A stretch of 32,000 nucleotides of DNA, from contig LM655252.1 in the NCBI GenBank assembly GCA_000953435.1, positions 60,001 through 92,000 of the forward strand, given 5' to 3'. Position 1 is the stretch's first letter, and each line of letters opens with the position of its first letter. Below the pieces are notes generated by a model. It made no database searches, had not been told where the DNA came from, and saw nothing but the letters and a program-made list of their open reading frames with translations. A program made the position numbers and the translations under genes. This DNA is from Candidatus Johnevansia muelleri (GTDB taxonomy: Bacteria > Pseudomonadota > Gammaproteobacteria > Johnevansiales > Johnevansiaceae). Shown here piece after piece: positions 18,457-26,615 of this stretch.

Positions 18457-19230
18457 ATGAAGTTTACAACTGTTCATTTTATTGGGGCAGGCCCTGGATC
18501 TTATGATCTTATTACTATTAGAGGGATAAATATTATTAATAATTGTCAAGTTTGTCTTTATACTGGATCTACAGTTAATCCATATATTATTAATTATTGT
18601 CCCCAGAATGCACGTATTATAAATACAGCCTTCTTAGATTTAAATGAAATAAAATTAGAATATAAGAGAGCATATTATTATAATAATAATGTTGCACGTA
18701 TTCATTCTGGAGATTTATCAATTTATAGTACTTTAGCTGAACAAATACGATTATTGAAAAACATGAATACATATTATACTATTACACCTGGTATTCCCGC
18801 TTTTACAGCGGCTACATCGTTAATTAAAATAGAATTAACTATACCAGAAATTGCTCAAAGTATTATTTTGACAAGGTTATCGGGACGTGCATCAAAAGTC
18901 CCTTTTAAAGAGAGACTTGAATATTTTGCATATACTCAATCAACATTAGTAATTTATTTATCAATTCATCGTATTGAAGAAGTAGTTAAAAGAGTAAAAC
19001 CATTTTATGGAGATAATTGTCCAATAATTTTATTTTATAAAGTTACTTGGTCAGATGAAAAAATAATTAAAGGAACTTTATCAGATATTCTATTACGCAT
19101 TAAAAAAATATACTTATTTAAAAGTAGTGCATTAATTTTTATTAGTCCAGCATTAATTTCAAACAAATTTAAAAATAGTTATCTATATAAAATAAAATAC
19201 TGTAGGAAATTTAGATCAGCTAAAGTGTAA
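18457..19230 (+). CDS. cobM: precorrin-4 C11-methyltransferase
   Basis: 257 aa. VHFIGAGPGSYDLITIRG, VARIHSGDLSIYS and TPGIPAFTAA are CobM/CbiF blocks. Confidence 0.9.
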   Translation: MKFTTVHFIGAGPGSYDLITIRGINIINNCQVCLYTGSTVNPYIINYCPQNARIINTAFLDLNEIKLEYKRAYYYNNNVARIHSGDLSIYSTLAEQIRLLKNMNTYYTITPGIPAFTAATSLIKIELTIPEIAQSIILTRLSGRASKVPFKERLEYFAYTQSTLVIYLSIHRIEEVVKRVKPFYGDNCPIILFYKVTWSDEKIIKGTLSDILLRIKKIYLFKSSALIFISPALISNKFKNSYLYKIKYCRKFRSAKV

Positions 19231-19255
19231 TTTTAAAATTTAATAGGATCAATAA

Positions 19256-20074
19256 ATGATAAAAAAATTTCAATTATTAATAATGGGAATAATTTTTATC
19301 TGTGGTTGTGGGATTATTAACCCAAAAGGTAAAGTTGGAATAGAGCAAAAATATCTTATATTAACTTCAACATTTTTAATGTTACTTGTAGTTGTGCCAG
19401 TCATAATAATGATTTTTATTTTTGCTTGGAAGTATAGAGCATCTAATAAAAATGCTAAATATACACCGAATTGGTCACATTCTAATAAACTTGAATCAGT
19501 AATATGGTTAATTCCAATAGTTATTATATTTATATTGGGTATTTTAACATGGAATACTACTCATGATCTTGATCCCAAAAAACCTATTTCTAATATTACA
19601 CCCATTAGGATTAATGTAGTAGCACTTGATTGGAAATGGCTTTTTATATATCCTAAAGAACAAATTGCAATAATTAATGAAATAGCTTTACCAGTTAATG
19701 TTCCAGTAGAATTTCATGTTACTTCTAGTACAGTTATGAATTCATTTTTTATTCCTCAATTGGGGAGTCAAACCTATGCTATGTATGGTATGCAAAATAT
19801 TTTACACCTTTTTCCTAATGAGATTGGAACATATACAGGGATTTCATCTAATTACAGTGGTAAAGGATTTTCTGATATGAAATTTAGAGTAATTATAAAT
19901 TCTAATACAGATTTTAAATCTTGGATAAAAAAAGTTAAACAAAATTCAAAATTGTTTGATTTTAATGCATACAAAAAAATATATGAATCTAGTATTAAAA
20001 ATCCAGTTGAATATTTTAATTCTATTGAGCCTAATATATTTGAAAAAATTATTAAAAGTAATTTATTAAAATAA
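19256..20074 (+). CDS. cyoA: cytochrome bo3 ubiquinol oxidase subunit II
   Basis: 272 aa. Lipoprotein-like signal ending FICGCG, two TM helices, then [30 protein letters not shown] and SANYSG-like [10 protein letters not shown]. No CuA ligand pattern, as expected for quinol oxidases. Confidence 0.9.
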   Translation: MIKKFQLLIMGIIFICGCGIINPKGKVGIEQKYLILTSTFLMLLVVVPVIIMIFIFAWKYRASNKNAKYTPNWSHSNKLESVIWLIPIVIIFILGILTWNTTHDLDPKKPISNITPIRINVVALDWKWLFIYPKEQIAIINEIALPVNVPVEFHVTSSTVMNSFFIPQLGSQTYAMYGMQNILHLFPNEIGTYTGISSNYSGKGFSDMKFRVIINSNTDFKSWIKKVKQNSKLFDFNAYKKIYESSIKNPVEYFNSIEPNIFEKIIKSNLLK

Positions 20075-20091
20075 ATTTGAGGATTAAATGT

Positions 20092-22062
20092 ATGTATAAA
20101 CTTTTATTAGGAAAATTAAGTCTTGATGATATCCCTTATCACGAACCAATAATAATGAGTGCAGTTGTATTTATGATTATGGTGGGCTTATTTGTTATTA
20201 GCACAGTTACATATTTAAAAAAATGGAATTATATTTGGACAGAATGGATTACAAGTGTTGATCATAAAAAAATAGGAGTAATGTATATTATATTAGCATT
20301 TATTATGTTATTGAGAGGCTTTTCTGATGCTATTCTGATGCGTATACAACAAGCTATTGCCTTTGGTGGTAATAAAGGCTATCTTCCTCCTAATCATTAT
20401 GATCAAATATTTACAGCACATGGTGTAATAATGATTTTTTTCATGGCTATGCCTTTTATGGTAGGGTTAATGAATATTATTATTCCATTACAAATAGGAG
20501 CTAGGGATGTTGCTTTTCCATTTCTTAATTCATTAAGTTTTTGGTTAACAGCAATGTCTGCTATATTAATAAATATTTCATTAGCAATAGGTGAATTTGC
20601 ACATACAGGATGGTTAGCATATCCACCTTTATCTGAAACTATGTTTAGTCCAGGAGTGGGGATAGATTATTGGATATGGAGTTTACAAATATCGGGCATT
20701 GGTACATTATTAACTGGAATAAATTTTTTTATTACTATACTTAAAATGCGTGCTACTGGTATGTCGTTGATGAAAATGCCTGTATTTACATGGACAACAT
20801 TTTGTTCTAATATTTTGATAATTTTATCTTTTCCTATTTTAACAGCGACAATAACTTTATTATCTTTAGATCGTTATTTAGGAATGCATTTTTTTACCAA
20901 TGAATTAGGCGGTAACCAGATGATGTATGTTAATTTAATATGGGCTTGGGGACATCCAGAAGTATATATTTTAATTTTACCTGCTTTTGGAATTTTTTCT
21001 GAGGTTGTTGCTACTTTTTGTAAAAAAAAATTATTTGGTTATAATTCATTAGTATATGCTACTATTGCAATAACAATATTATCGTTTATGGTTTGGTTAC
21101 ATCACTTTTTTACAATGGGAGCAGGTGCCAATGTAAATGCATTTTTCGGAATTGCTACAATGATAATTGCTATTCCCACAGGTGTAAAAATATTTAATTG
21201 GCTATTCACGATGTATAGGGGAAGTATTGAATTTTCAAGTCCTATTCTTTGGACTATAGGATTTTTAGTTACTTTCACTATTGGGGGTATGGCAGGAGTT
21301 TTACTTGCTGTTCCTGGAGCAGATTATGTATTGCATAATAGTTTATTTTTAGTTGCTCATTTTCACACTGTAATAATTGGCGGAGTTGTTTTTGGATATA
21401 TTGCTGGTATAACTTATTGGTTTCCTAAAGTTTTTGGTTTTAAACTTAATGAAACACTTGGAAAGTGTGCTTTTTGGAGTTGGATTATTGGATTTTTTAT
21501 TGCATTTATGCCCCTTTATTGGCTGGGTTTGATGGGTATGACACGTCGTATAAATTATTATGATAATTCAGACTGGAATATATTTCTAGTAATTGCAGCA
21601 ATAGGATCACTGATAATTTTCTTAGGAATTATATTTCAATTTTTACAGATTTTTTATAGTATTTTTAGTAAAAATAAAAAGTGGGACATTACAGGAGATC
21701 CGTGGAATGGACGTACTTTAGAATGGTCAGTTTCATCTCCAGCTCCATTTTATAATTTTTCTATAATACCAACTGTAACAGATCGTGATGCTTTTTGGGA
21801 TATGAAAGAAAAAGGTTATAATATTCCTAAAAATTATAAAACATTTAACATGCCTAAGAGTACAGCATCTGGATTTATAATTTCTTTATTTAGCTTAATA
21901 GTTGGTTTTTCACTAGTTTGGCACATTTGGTGGTTAGTAATTACTTCTACACTGGGAATTATAATAACTTATATTATTCATATTTTTAATGATGATACAG
22001 AGTATTCTCTTAATGCAGAACATATTGACCAAATAGAAAATAGTATAATATATAATATATAA
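20092..22062 (+). CDS. cyoB: cytochrome bo3 ubiquinol oxidase subunit I
   Basis: 656 aa from the ATG at 20092, with GAGGA at 20079-20083. [20 protein letters not shown] aligns with the E. coli CyoB N-terminus MFGKLSLDAVPFHEPI (from memory). Heme-copper motifs [11 protein letters not shown] and HHFFTMG are present. The ORF track's TTG at 20077 is less likely. Confidence 0.95.
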   Translation: MYKLLLGKLSLDDIPYHEPIIMSAVVFMIMVGLFVISTVTYLKKWNYIWTEWITSVDHKKIGVMYIILAFIMLLRGFSDAILMRIQQAIAFGGNKGYLPPNHYDQIFTAHGVIMIFFMAMPFMVGLMNIIIPLQIGARDVAFPFLNSLSFWLTAMSAILINISLAIGEFAHTGWLAYPPLSETMFSPGVGIDYWIWSLQISGIGTLLTGINFFITILKMRATGMSLMKMPVFTWTTFCSNILIILSFPILTATITLLSLDRYLGMHFFTNELGGNQMMYVNLIWAWGHPEVYILILPAFGIFSEVVATFCKKKLFGYNSLVYATIAITILSFMVWLHHFFTMGAGANVNAFFGIATMIIAIPTGVKIFNWLFTMYRGSIEFSSPILWTIGFLVTFTIGGMAGVLLAVPGADYVLHNSLFLVAHFHTVIIGGVVFGYIAGITYWFPKVFGFKLNETLGKCAFWSWIIGFFIAFMPLYWLGLMGMTRRINYYDNSDWNIFLVIAAIGSLIIFLGIIFQFLQIFYSIFSKNKKWDITGDPWNGRTLEWSVSSPAPFYNFSIIPTVTDRDAFWDMKEKGYNIPKNYKTFNMPKSTASGFIISLFSLIVGFSLVWHIWWLVITSTLGIIITYIIHIFNDDTEYSLNAEHIDQIENSIIYNI

Positions 22063-22076
22063 GAAATAAGAACTGT

Positions 22077-22676
22077 ATGTTTAAAACATTAAAAAAAGTA
22101 AATACTGATTCTGAAAATAATAGTTGTAATTCTTCGAATGTTTTGGGTTTTTGGATTTATATAATGAGCGATTGTGTATTATTTTCTATATTATTTGCTA
22201 CTTATGCAGTTTTGTGTAAAAATTTTGCTGTAGGACCTACAGGTAAAGAACTTTTTAATCTTCCATTTATTTTAATTGAAACATTTGTACTCCTTGTTAG
22301 TAGTTTTATGATTGGTATTTCTATATTTTATATGCAAAAAAAAAATAAAATTAAAACAATAATTTATTTATTATTAACTATTATATTAGGTACTATATTT
22401 GTTTCTTTAGAGTCTATAGAGTTTCATCATTTTATTAATAAAGGAGCGACTCCTAATATGAGTGCTTTTTTATCAGCTTTTTTTACACTAGTTGGTACCC
22501 ATTGTATTCATGTAATTATAGGTATATTTTGGGGGATAATTTTGATTATTAAATTATATCATTGTGACTTTAAAAAAAATAATACTGGTTTAATTTGTTT
22601 AAGTTTATTTTGGCATTTTTTACATATTATTTGGATATGTGTATTTACTATTATTTATTTGATGGGAGTGATTTAA
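22077..22676 (+). CDS. cyoC: cytochrome bo3 ubiquinol oxidase subunit III
   Basis: 199 aa, five hydrophobic segments. FWIYIMSDCVLF, SAFFTLVGTHCIHV and FWHFLHIIW resemble CyoC, and the position in the operon fits. Confidence 0.9.
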   Translation: MFKTLKKVNTDSENNSCNSSNVLGFWIYIMSDCVLFSILFATYAVLCKNFAVGPTGKELFNLPFILIETFVLLVSSFMIGISIFYMQKKNKIKTIIYLLLTIILGTIFVSLESIEFHHFINKGATPNMSAFLSAFFTLVGTHCIHVIIGIFWGIILIIKLYHCDFKKNNTGLICLSLFWHFLHIIWICVFTIIYLMGVI

Positions 22677-22973
22677 ATGCAAAATGAAAATCTTATATCT
22701 TATATAAATTGTTTTATTTTATCTATAATTTTAACAATTATACCATTTTATATTGTAATTTGTTCTAATCTATCTTCAAGAGTAATATATCCAATTATTT
22801 TAATAATGGCATTTATACAAATTATTATTCAAATTATATATTTTATTCATTTAAATAATTTGCCTCAACAACGTTGGAAATTAATATCTTTGGTTTTTAC
22901 ATGTATTATAATTTTTATTATATTAATAGGATCTCTATGGATTATGCATAATCTAAATCATAATATTATTTAA
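22677..22973 (+). CDS. cyoD: cytochrome bo3 ubiquinol oxidase subunit IV
   Basis: 98 aa, three hydrophobic segments. ATG immediately follows the cyoC TAA. The call rests on size, topology and operon position plus the FIHLN region. Confidence 0.8.
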   Translation: MQNENLISYINCFILSIILTIIPFYIVICSNLSSRVIYPIILIMAFIQIIIQIIYFIHLNNLPQQRWKLISLVFTCIIIFIILIGSLWIMHNLNHNII

Positions 22974-22978
22974 AATTT

Positions 22979-23830
22979 ATGTTTAAACAAATATTTTTAT
23001 TAATAAAACCTGGTATTATTTTAGGAAATTTAATTTCTGTTTCATGTGGATTTTTTCTTGCTTCTAAAGGAAGCATTGATAAAAAACTTTTTTTTTATAC
23101 CATTTTAGGATCAGCATTAATAATTGCTTCTGGATGTGTTTTAAATAATTATATTGATCAAGATATAGATAGAAAAATGGTAAGAACGCATAAGCGTATG
23201 CTTGCTAAAAGATCAATTTATGAAAACTATGTTATTATATATGGATGTATTTTAGGAATATTATCTATTTGTATTTTATATATTTTTACTAATATACTAT
23301 CATTATCTTTTGCATTAATAGGATACATAATTTATGTAATATTATACAGTATTTATTTTAAAAGATGTTCAGTTTATGGAACAATATTGGGGGGCGTTGC
23401 AGGAGCCATTCCTCCATTAATTGGTTATTGTGCCGTTATTAACAAAGTTAATATAGAAGCAATTATTTTATTTATGATTTTTTTTGTGTGGCAAATTCCA
23501 CATTTTTATGCTATTGCTATTTTTAGGATAACTGATTATATCTCGGCATCGATACCTGTTTTACCTGTTAAAAAAGGAATATCAAATACTAAAAATAATA
23601 TATTAATATATGTATTAATTTTTACAATTACAGATTTATTACTTAGTATAATGGGTTATACTGGATATATTTATTTTATTATATCTATTATAATGGGAAT
23701 ATATTGGATATATTTAAATTTATTAGGATATAAACATTGTATCTCATACTGGTCAAAAAAAATGTTTAATTTTTCAATTATTATAATAATAGTATTAAGT
23801 CTAATAATGTCAATTGATTATCAATTATAA
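22979..23830 (+). CDS. cyoE: protoheme IX farnesyltransferase (heme O synthase)
   Basis: 283 aa. UbiA-family motif NNYIDQDIDRKM..T..R, later WQIPHFYAIAI. Last gene of the cyo operon. Confidence 0.9.
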   Translation: MFKQIFLLIKPGIILGNLISVSCGFFLASKGSIDKKLFFYTILGSALIIASGCVLNNYIDQDIDRKMVRTHKRMLAKRSIYENYVIIYGCILGILSICILYIFTNILSLSFALIGYIIYVILYSIYFKRCSVYGTILGGVAGAIPPLIGYCAVINKVNIEAIILFMIFFVWQIPHFYAIAIFRITDYISASIPVLPVKKGISNTKNNILIYVLIFTITDLLLSIMGYTGYIYFIISIIMGIYWIYLNLLGYKHCISYWSKKMFNFSIIIIIVLSLIMSIDYQL

Positions 23831-23848
23831 TTTATTTTAAAAAATATA

Positions 23849-23877
23849 TATACAAATATATCTAGTTATGATATAAT
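23849..23877 (+). promoter_or_regulatory. possible sigma70-like promoter for the tRNA cluster (TATACA-17 nt-TATAAT)
   Basis: TATAAT at 23872-23877 lies 15 nt upstream of the tRNA-Tyr 5' end. TATACA at 23849-23854 matches TTGACA at 4 of 6 positions with 17-nt spacing. Such hexamers arise easily by chance in DNA this AT-rich. Confidence 0.25.
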
Positions 23878-23891
23878 ACATTCAATGTATT

Positions 23892-23972
23892 GGAGAGGTT
23901 CCCGAGTGGACAAAGGGAGCAGACTGTAAATCTGCTGCGCAAGCTTCGAAGGTTCGAATCCTTCTCTCTCCA
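23892..23972 (+). tRNA. tRNA-Tyr (anticodon GTA), long-variable-arm type, no encoded CCA
   Basis: Hand-folded. Acceptor GGAGAGG/TCTCTCC (one G-U), anticodon stem GCAGA/TCTGC with loop CTGTAAA, short variable arm GC-GCAA-GC, T arm GAAGG-TTCGAAT-CCTTC, discriminator A. Confidence 0.9.
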
Positions 23973-23988
23973 AAAATATATTAATAAA

Positions 23989-24059
23989 GCGGGCATAGTT
24001 CAGTGGTAGAACAATAGCCTTCCAAGCTTTTTATGCGGGTTCGATTCCCGCTGCCCGCT
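23989..24059 (+). tRNA. tRNA-Gly (anticodon TCC), no encoded CCA
   Basis: Hand-folded. Acceptor GCGGGCA/TGCCCGC, D arm GTTC-AGTGGTA-GAAC, anticodon stem ATAGC/GCTTT (one T-T mismatch at 28:42) with loop CTTCCAA, T arm GCGGG-TTCGATT-CCCGC, discriminator T. Confidence 0.9.
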
Positions 24060-24065
24060 ATGTAT

Positions 24066-24137
24066 GCTCATGTAGCTCAGTGGTAGAGCACACCCTTGGT
24101 AAGGGTGTGGTCGACGGTTCGATTCCGTCCATGAGCT
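24066..24137 (+). tRNA. tRNA-Thr (anticodon GGT), no encoded CCA
   Basis: Hand-folded, all stems perfect. Acceptor GCTCATG/CATGAGC, D arm GCTC/GAGC, anticodon stem CACCC/GGGTG with loop TTGGTAA, T arm GACGG-TTCGATT-CCGTC. Confidence 0.92.
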
Positions 24138-24152
24138 AATTAATTAGCTAAT

Positions 24153-24225
24153 AGGCCAGTAGCTCAATTGTTAGAGCATCGGTCTCCAAAACCGAAGGTT
24201 AGGGGTTAAAATCCCTTCTGGCCTG
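24153..24225 (+). tRNA. tRNA-Trp (anticodon CCA) with non-canonical D-loop and T-loop, no encoded 3' CCA
   Basis: Hand-folded. Acceptor AGGCCAG/CTGGCCT, D arm GCTC-AATTGTTA-GAGC, anticodon stem TCGGT/ACCGA with loop CTCCAAA, T arm AGGGG-TTAAAAT-CCCTT (one G-T), discriminator G. Confidence 0.85.
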
Positions 24226-24254
24226 CATGCAACATAAATAAATGGTTAATAATA

Positions 24255-24524
24255 ATGATAATACTATATTATATATTAAATAATTTTTTAAAATCCAATA
24301 TAATGGTTAGCTTTTTTATTATATGTATAGGAATTATTATTGGTTTTATTACTACAAAACTAATTGAACAAAAGCTTAAATATGCTAATAAAGAAATTAA
24401 AAGTTTTATTTTGCCTAAGTTAAAGGAAACTATACAAACAACAATTTTTATTATAATTACAGTGTTTATATTGTTTTTTTTTATATTTTTACTAGATATT
24501 ATTATTAAATTGTATATATGTTAA
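24255..24524 (+). CDS. secE: preprotein translocase subunit SecE
   Basis: 89 aa. The C-terminal part [42 protein letters not shown] follows the SecE pattern (E. coli VVWPTRQETLHTT..., from memory). Conserved position between tRNA-Trp and rplK. The true start may be the internal ATG at 24303. Confidence 0.65.
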   Translation: MIILYYILNNFLKSNIMVSFFIICIGIIIGFITTKLIEQKLKYANKEIKSFILPKLKETIQTTIFIIITVFILFFFIFLLDIIIKLYIC

Positions 24525-24946
24525 AAGTAAAAGCTTACGTTAAATTACAAGTAGCAGCAGGTAAAGCAACCCCTAGTCCTCCTGTAGGACCTGCATTAGG
24601 ACAACATGGTGTTAATATTATGGATTTTTGTAAAAAATTTAATGATGCAACTAAAAATATTGAATTAGGTCTGCCAACGCCTGTAGTTATTACTATATAC
24701 TCAGATCGTAGTTTTACTTTCATTACAAAAACACATCCTGCTGCTATTTTGCTTAAAAAAGCCGCTGGTATTAGTTCTGGTTCTGATATGCCACATAAAA
24801 ATAAAGTTGGTACGGTAACTAGTAAGCAAATAGAAGATATTGCTCGAATAAAAATGAATGATATGACAGCATATAATTTGGATGCTGCGGTACGCTGCAT
24901 TGCTGGTAGTGCTCGTAGCATTGGATTAACTGTGGAGGGCGTATAA
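24518..24946 (+). CDS. rplK: 50S ribosomal protein L11
   Basis: 142 aa. [36 protein letters not shown] is nearly identical to the L11 N-terminal domain. The ATG overlaps the last codons of secE by 7 nt. Confidence 0.97.
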   Translation: MLKVKAYVKLQVAAGKATPSPPVGPALGQHGVNIMDFCKKFNDATKNIELGLPTPVVITIYSDRSFTFITKTHPAAILLKKAAGISSGSDMPHKNKVGTVTSKQIEDIARIKMNDMTAYNLDAAVRCIAGSARSIGLTVEGV

Positions 24947-24947
24947 A

Positions 24948-25640
24948 TTGACAAAGTTTACTAAACGTATGAAAAAATTTATGAATATTATTGATTATAA
25001 TAAATTGTATAATATAGAAGAAGCAACAACTATATTAAATAATATTTCTTCAGTTAAATTTAAAGAATCTATTGATGTTGCAATTAAATTAGGAGTCGAT
25101 CCTCGTAAATCAGATCAATTAATTATAGGTTCTGTTATTATGCCCCATGGTACAGGGAAACCTGTGCGTATTGCCGTTTTTGCCAAAGGATCTGTTGCTG
25201 ATGCAGCAAGACTAGCTGGTGCTGAAATTATTGGTATGAATGATTTAGCGGATAAAATTAAATCAGGAAAAATAGATTTTGATGTAGTAATTGCTTCTCC
25301 TGATACAATGCGTTTTGTTAGTCATTTAGGTTCAATTCTGGGTCCTCGTGGATTAATGCCTAATACTAAATATGGTACAGTTACTGGTGATGTTACGAAT
25401 GCTGTTAAAAAGATTAAATCAGGACAAATACGTTTTCGCACTGATAAAAATGGTATTATTCATGCTTCTATTGGTAAGTTAGGTTTTTCAACTTATGCAA
25501 TTAAAGAAAACATTGATGTATTTATAGATGCTTTGAAAAAACTTAAGCCTAGTTCTTCAAAAGGTATTTTTATAAAAAAAGTTACAATTTCAACAACAAT
25601 GGGGCCAGGAATTACTATTGATCATTCATATATGATTTAA
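24948..25640 (+). CDS. rplA: 50S ribosomal protein L1 (TTG start)
   Basis: 230 aa. (M)TKFTKRMKK aligns with the E. coli MAKLTKRMR. ESIDVAIKLGVDPRKSDQ and MPHGTGK are L1 blocks. TTG at 24948 sits 1 nt after the rplK TAA. Confidence 0.95.
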   Translation: MTKFTKRMKKFMNIIDYNKLYNIEEATTILNNISSVKFKESIDVAIKLGVDPRKSDQLIIGSVIMPHGTGKPVRIAVFAKGSVADAARLAGAEIIGMNDLADKIKSGKIDFDVVIASPDTMRFVSHLGSILGPRGLMPNTKYGTVTGDVTNAVKKIKSGQIRFRTDKNGIIHASIGKLGFSTYAIKENIDVFIDALKKLKPSSSKGIFIKKVTISTTMGPGITIDHSYMI

Positions 25641-25676
25641 TAATTACATTATTTATAATTTAATAAAAGGTATTTA

Positions 25677-26168
25677 GTGATATTAGGTATTGAAAAAAAA
25701 AAATCAATTGTATATAATGTAAATAAAATAGCTAAAGTTGCATACTCTCTGGTAATTGCAGATTATCATGGTGTAGCAGGTGAAATTATGAGTAAATTGC
25801 GAAAGCAAGCACACGTACATTGTGTGTACTTATCTGTTATACGTAATACACTAGCAAAACGCGCCATTTATGGCACTGCTTTTGAATGTTTAACTAAGTC
25901 ACTTGTTGGCCCTACTATTCTTGTATTTTCCATGAAACATCCTCGTGACGGTGCACAATTAATTAAAGAATTTTATAAAAATAATGAAATTTTTAATATC
26001 AAAGCATTAGCTTATGATGGGAAATTTATTTCAGGTGAAAATATTGATAAATTAGCAAACTTACCTACATATAAAGAAGCTATTGCAAAAATAATGTATG
26101 TTATTAAGGAAGCTTCTATTGTAAAATTAATACGTATTATTGCTGCTATAAAAAATAAAAAAATTTAG
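25677..26168 (+). CDS. rplJ: 50S ribosomal protein L10 (GTG start)
   Basis: 163 aa. [32 protein letters not shown] and [19 protein letters not shown] are colinear with L10. GTG at 25677 is preceded by AAAGG at 25666-25670. Confidence 0.93.
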   Translation: MILGIEKKKSIVYNVNKIAKVAYSLVIADYHGVAGEIMSKLRKQAHVHCVYLSVIRNTLAKRAIYGTAFECLTKSLVGPTILVFSMKHPRDGAQLIKEFYKNNEIFNIKALAYDGKFISGENIDKLANLPTYKEAIAKIMYVIKEASIVKLIRIIAAIKNKKI

Positions 26169-26178
26169 GATTGTAATT

Positions 26179-26547
26179 ATGATACTTAGTAAAGATAACA
26201 TTATTGATGCCGTAGCTAAAATGTCTGTTATGGAAGTGATTGATCTAGTCGCTGCTATGGAGCATAAATTTGGTGTTTCTGCCAAACCAACAATAGCTAA
26301 TAATTCAGAAAAATCTTTAGAAGCTGTTGAAGAAAAAACAGACTTTGACATTATTCTTACTGCTGTAGGAGAAAAAAAAATAAACGTTATTAAAGTTGTT
26401 CGTGAAATAACTAGTCTGGGGTTGAAAGAAGCAAAAGCAGCTGTTGAAGGTATACCTATTACTTTAAAGGAATCAATATCTAAAAAAGATGCTGAAATAG
26501 CTAAAAAGAAATTAGAAGAAGCTGGTGCAACTGTAGAGCTTAAATAA
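26179..26547 (+). CDS. rplL: 50S ribosomal protein L7/L12
   Basis: 122 aa. [28 protein letters not shown] and [48 protein letters not shown] are canonical L7/L12. Confidence 0.97.
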   Translation: MILSKDNIIDAVAKMSVMEVIDLVAAMEHKFGVSAKPTIANNSEKSLEAVEEKTDFDIILTAVGEKKINVIKVVREITSLGLKEAKAAVEGIPITLKESISKKDAEIAKKKLEEAGATVELK

Positions 26548-26550
26548 TCG

Positions 26551-26564
26551 TGGGTTAATACCCA
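26551..26564 (+). terminator. weak hairpin in the rplL-rpoB spacer (possible remnant attenuator)
   Basis: TGGGT-TAAT-ACCCA (5-bp stem, 4-nt loop) followed by AAATTTT. The T run is short and not flush with the stem, so intrinsic-terminator character is weak. Confidence 0.2.
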
Positions 26565-26615
26565 AATTTTAATAATAAATTTTATTTAATCCTTAATTCT
26601 TGGGGGGAGTGAGTT

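Noticed and set aside
20077-20091. TTG start for cyoB, as given in the ORF track.
   Set aside because: The ATG at 20092 is preceded by GAGGA at optimal spacing, and the sequence from that ATG aligns with the CyoB N-terminus. The extra five codons are probably untranslated.
24535-24954. 139-aa ORF antisense to rplK. Similar antisense or overlapping ORFs occur at 1592-1774, 2438-2644, 3217-3408, 6924-7232, 11603-11821, 17181-17387 and 26127-26351.
   Set aside because: Each lies entirely or largely inside a confidently identified conserved gene on the other strand or frame. They have no recognisable motifs and odd composition. They are best explained as chance open frames opposite constrained coding sequence.
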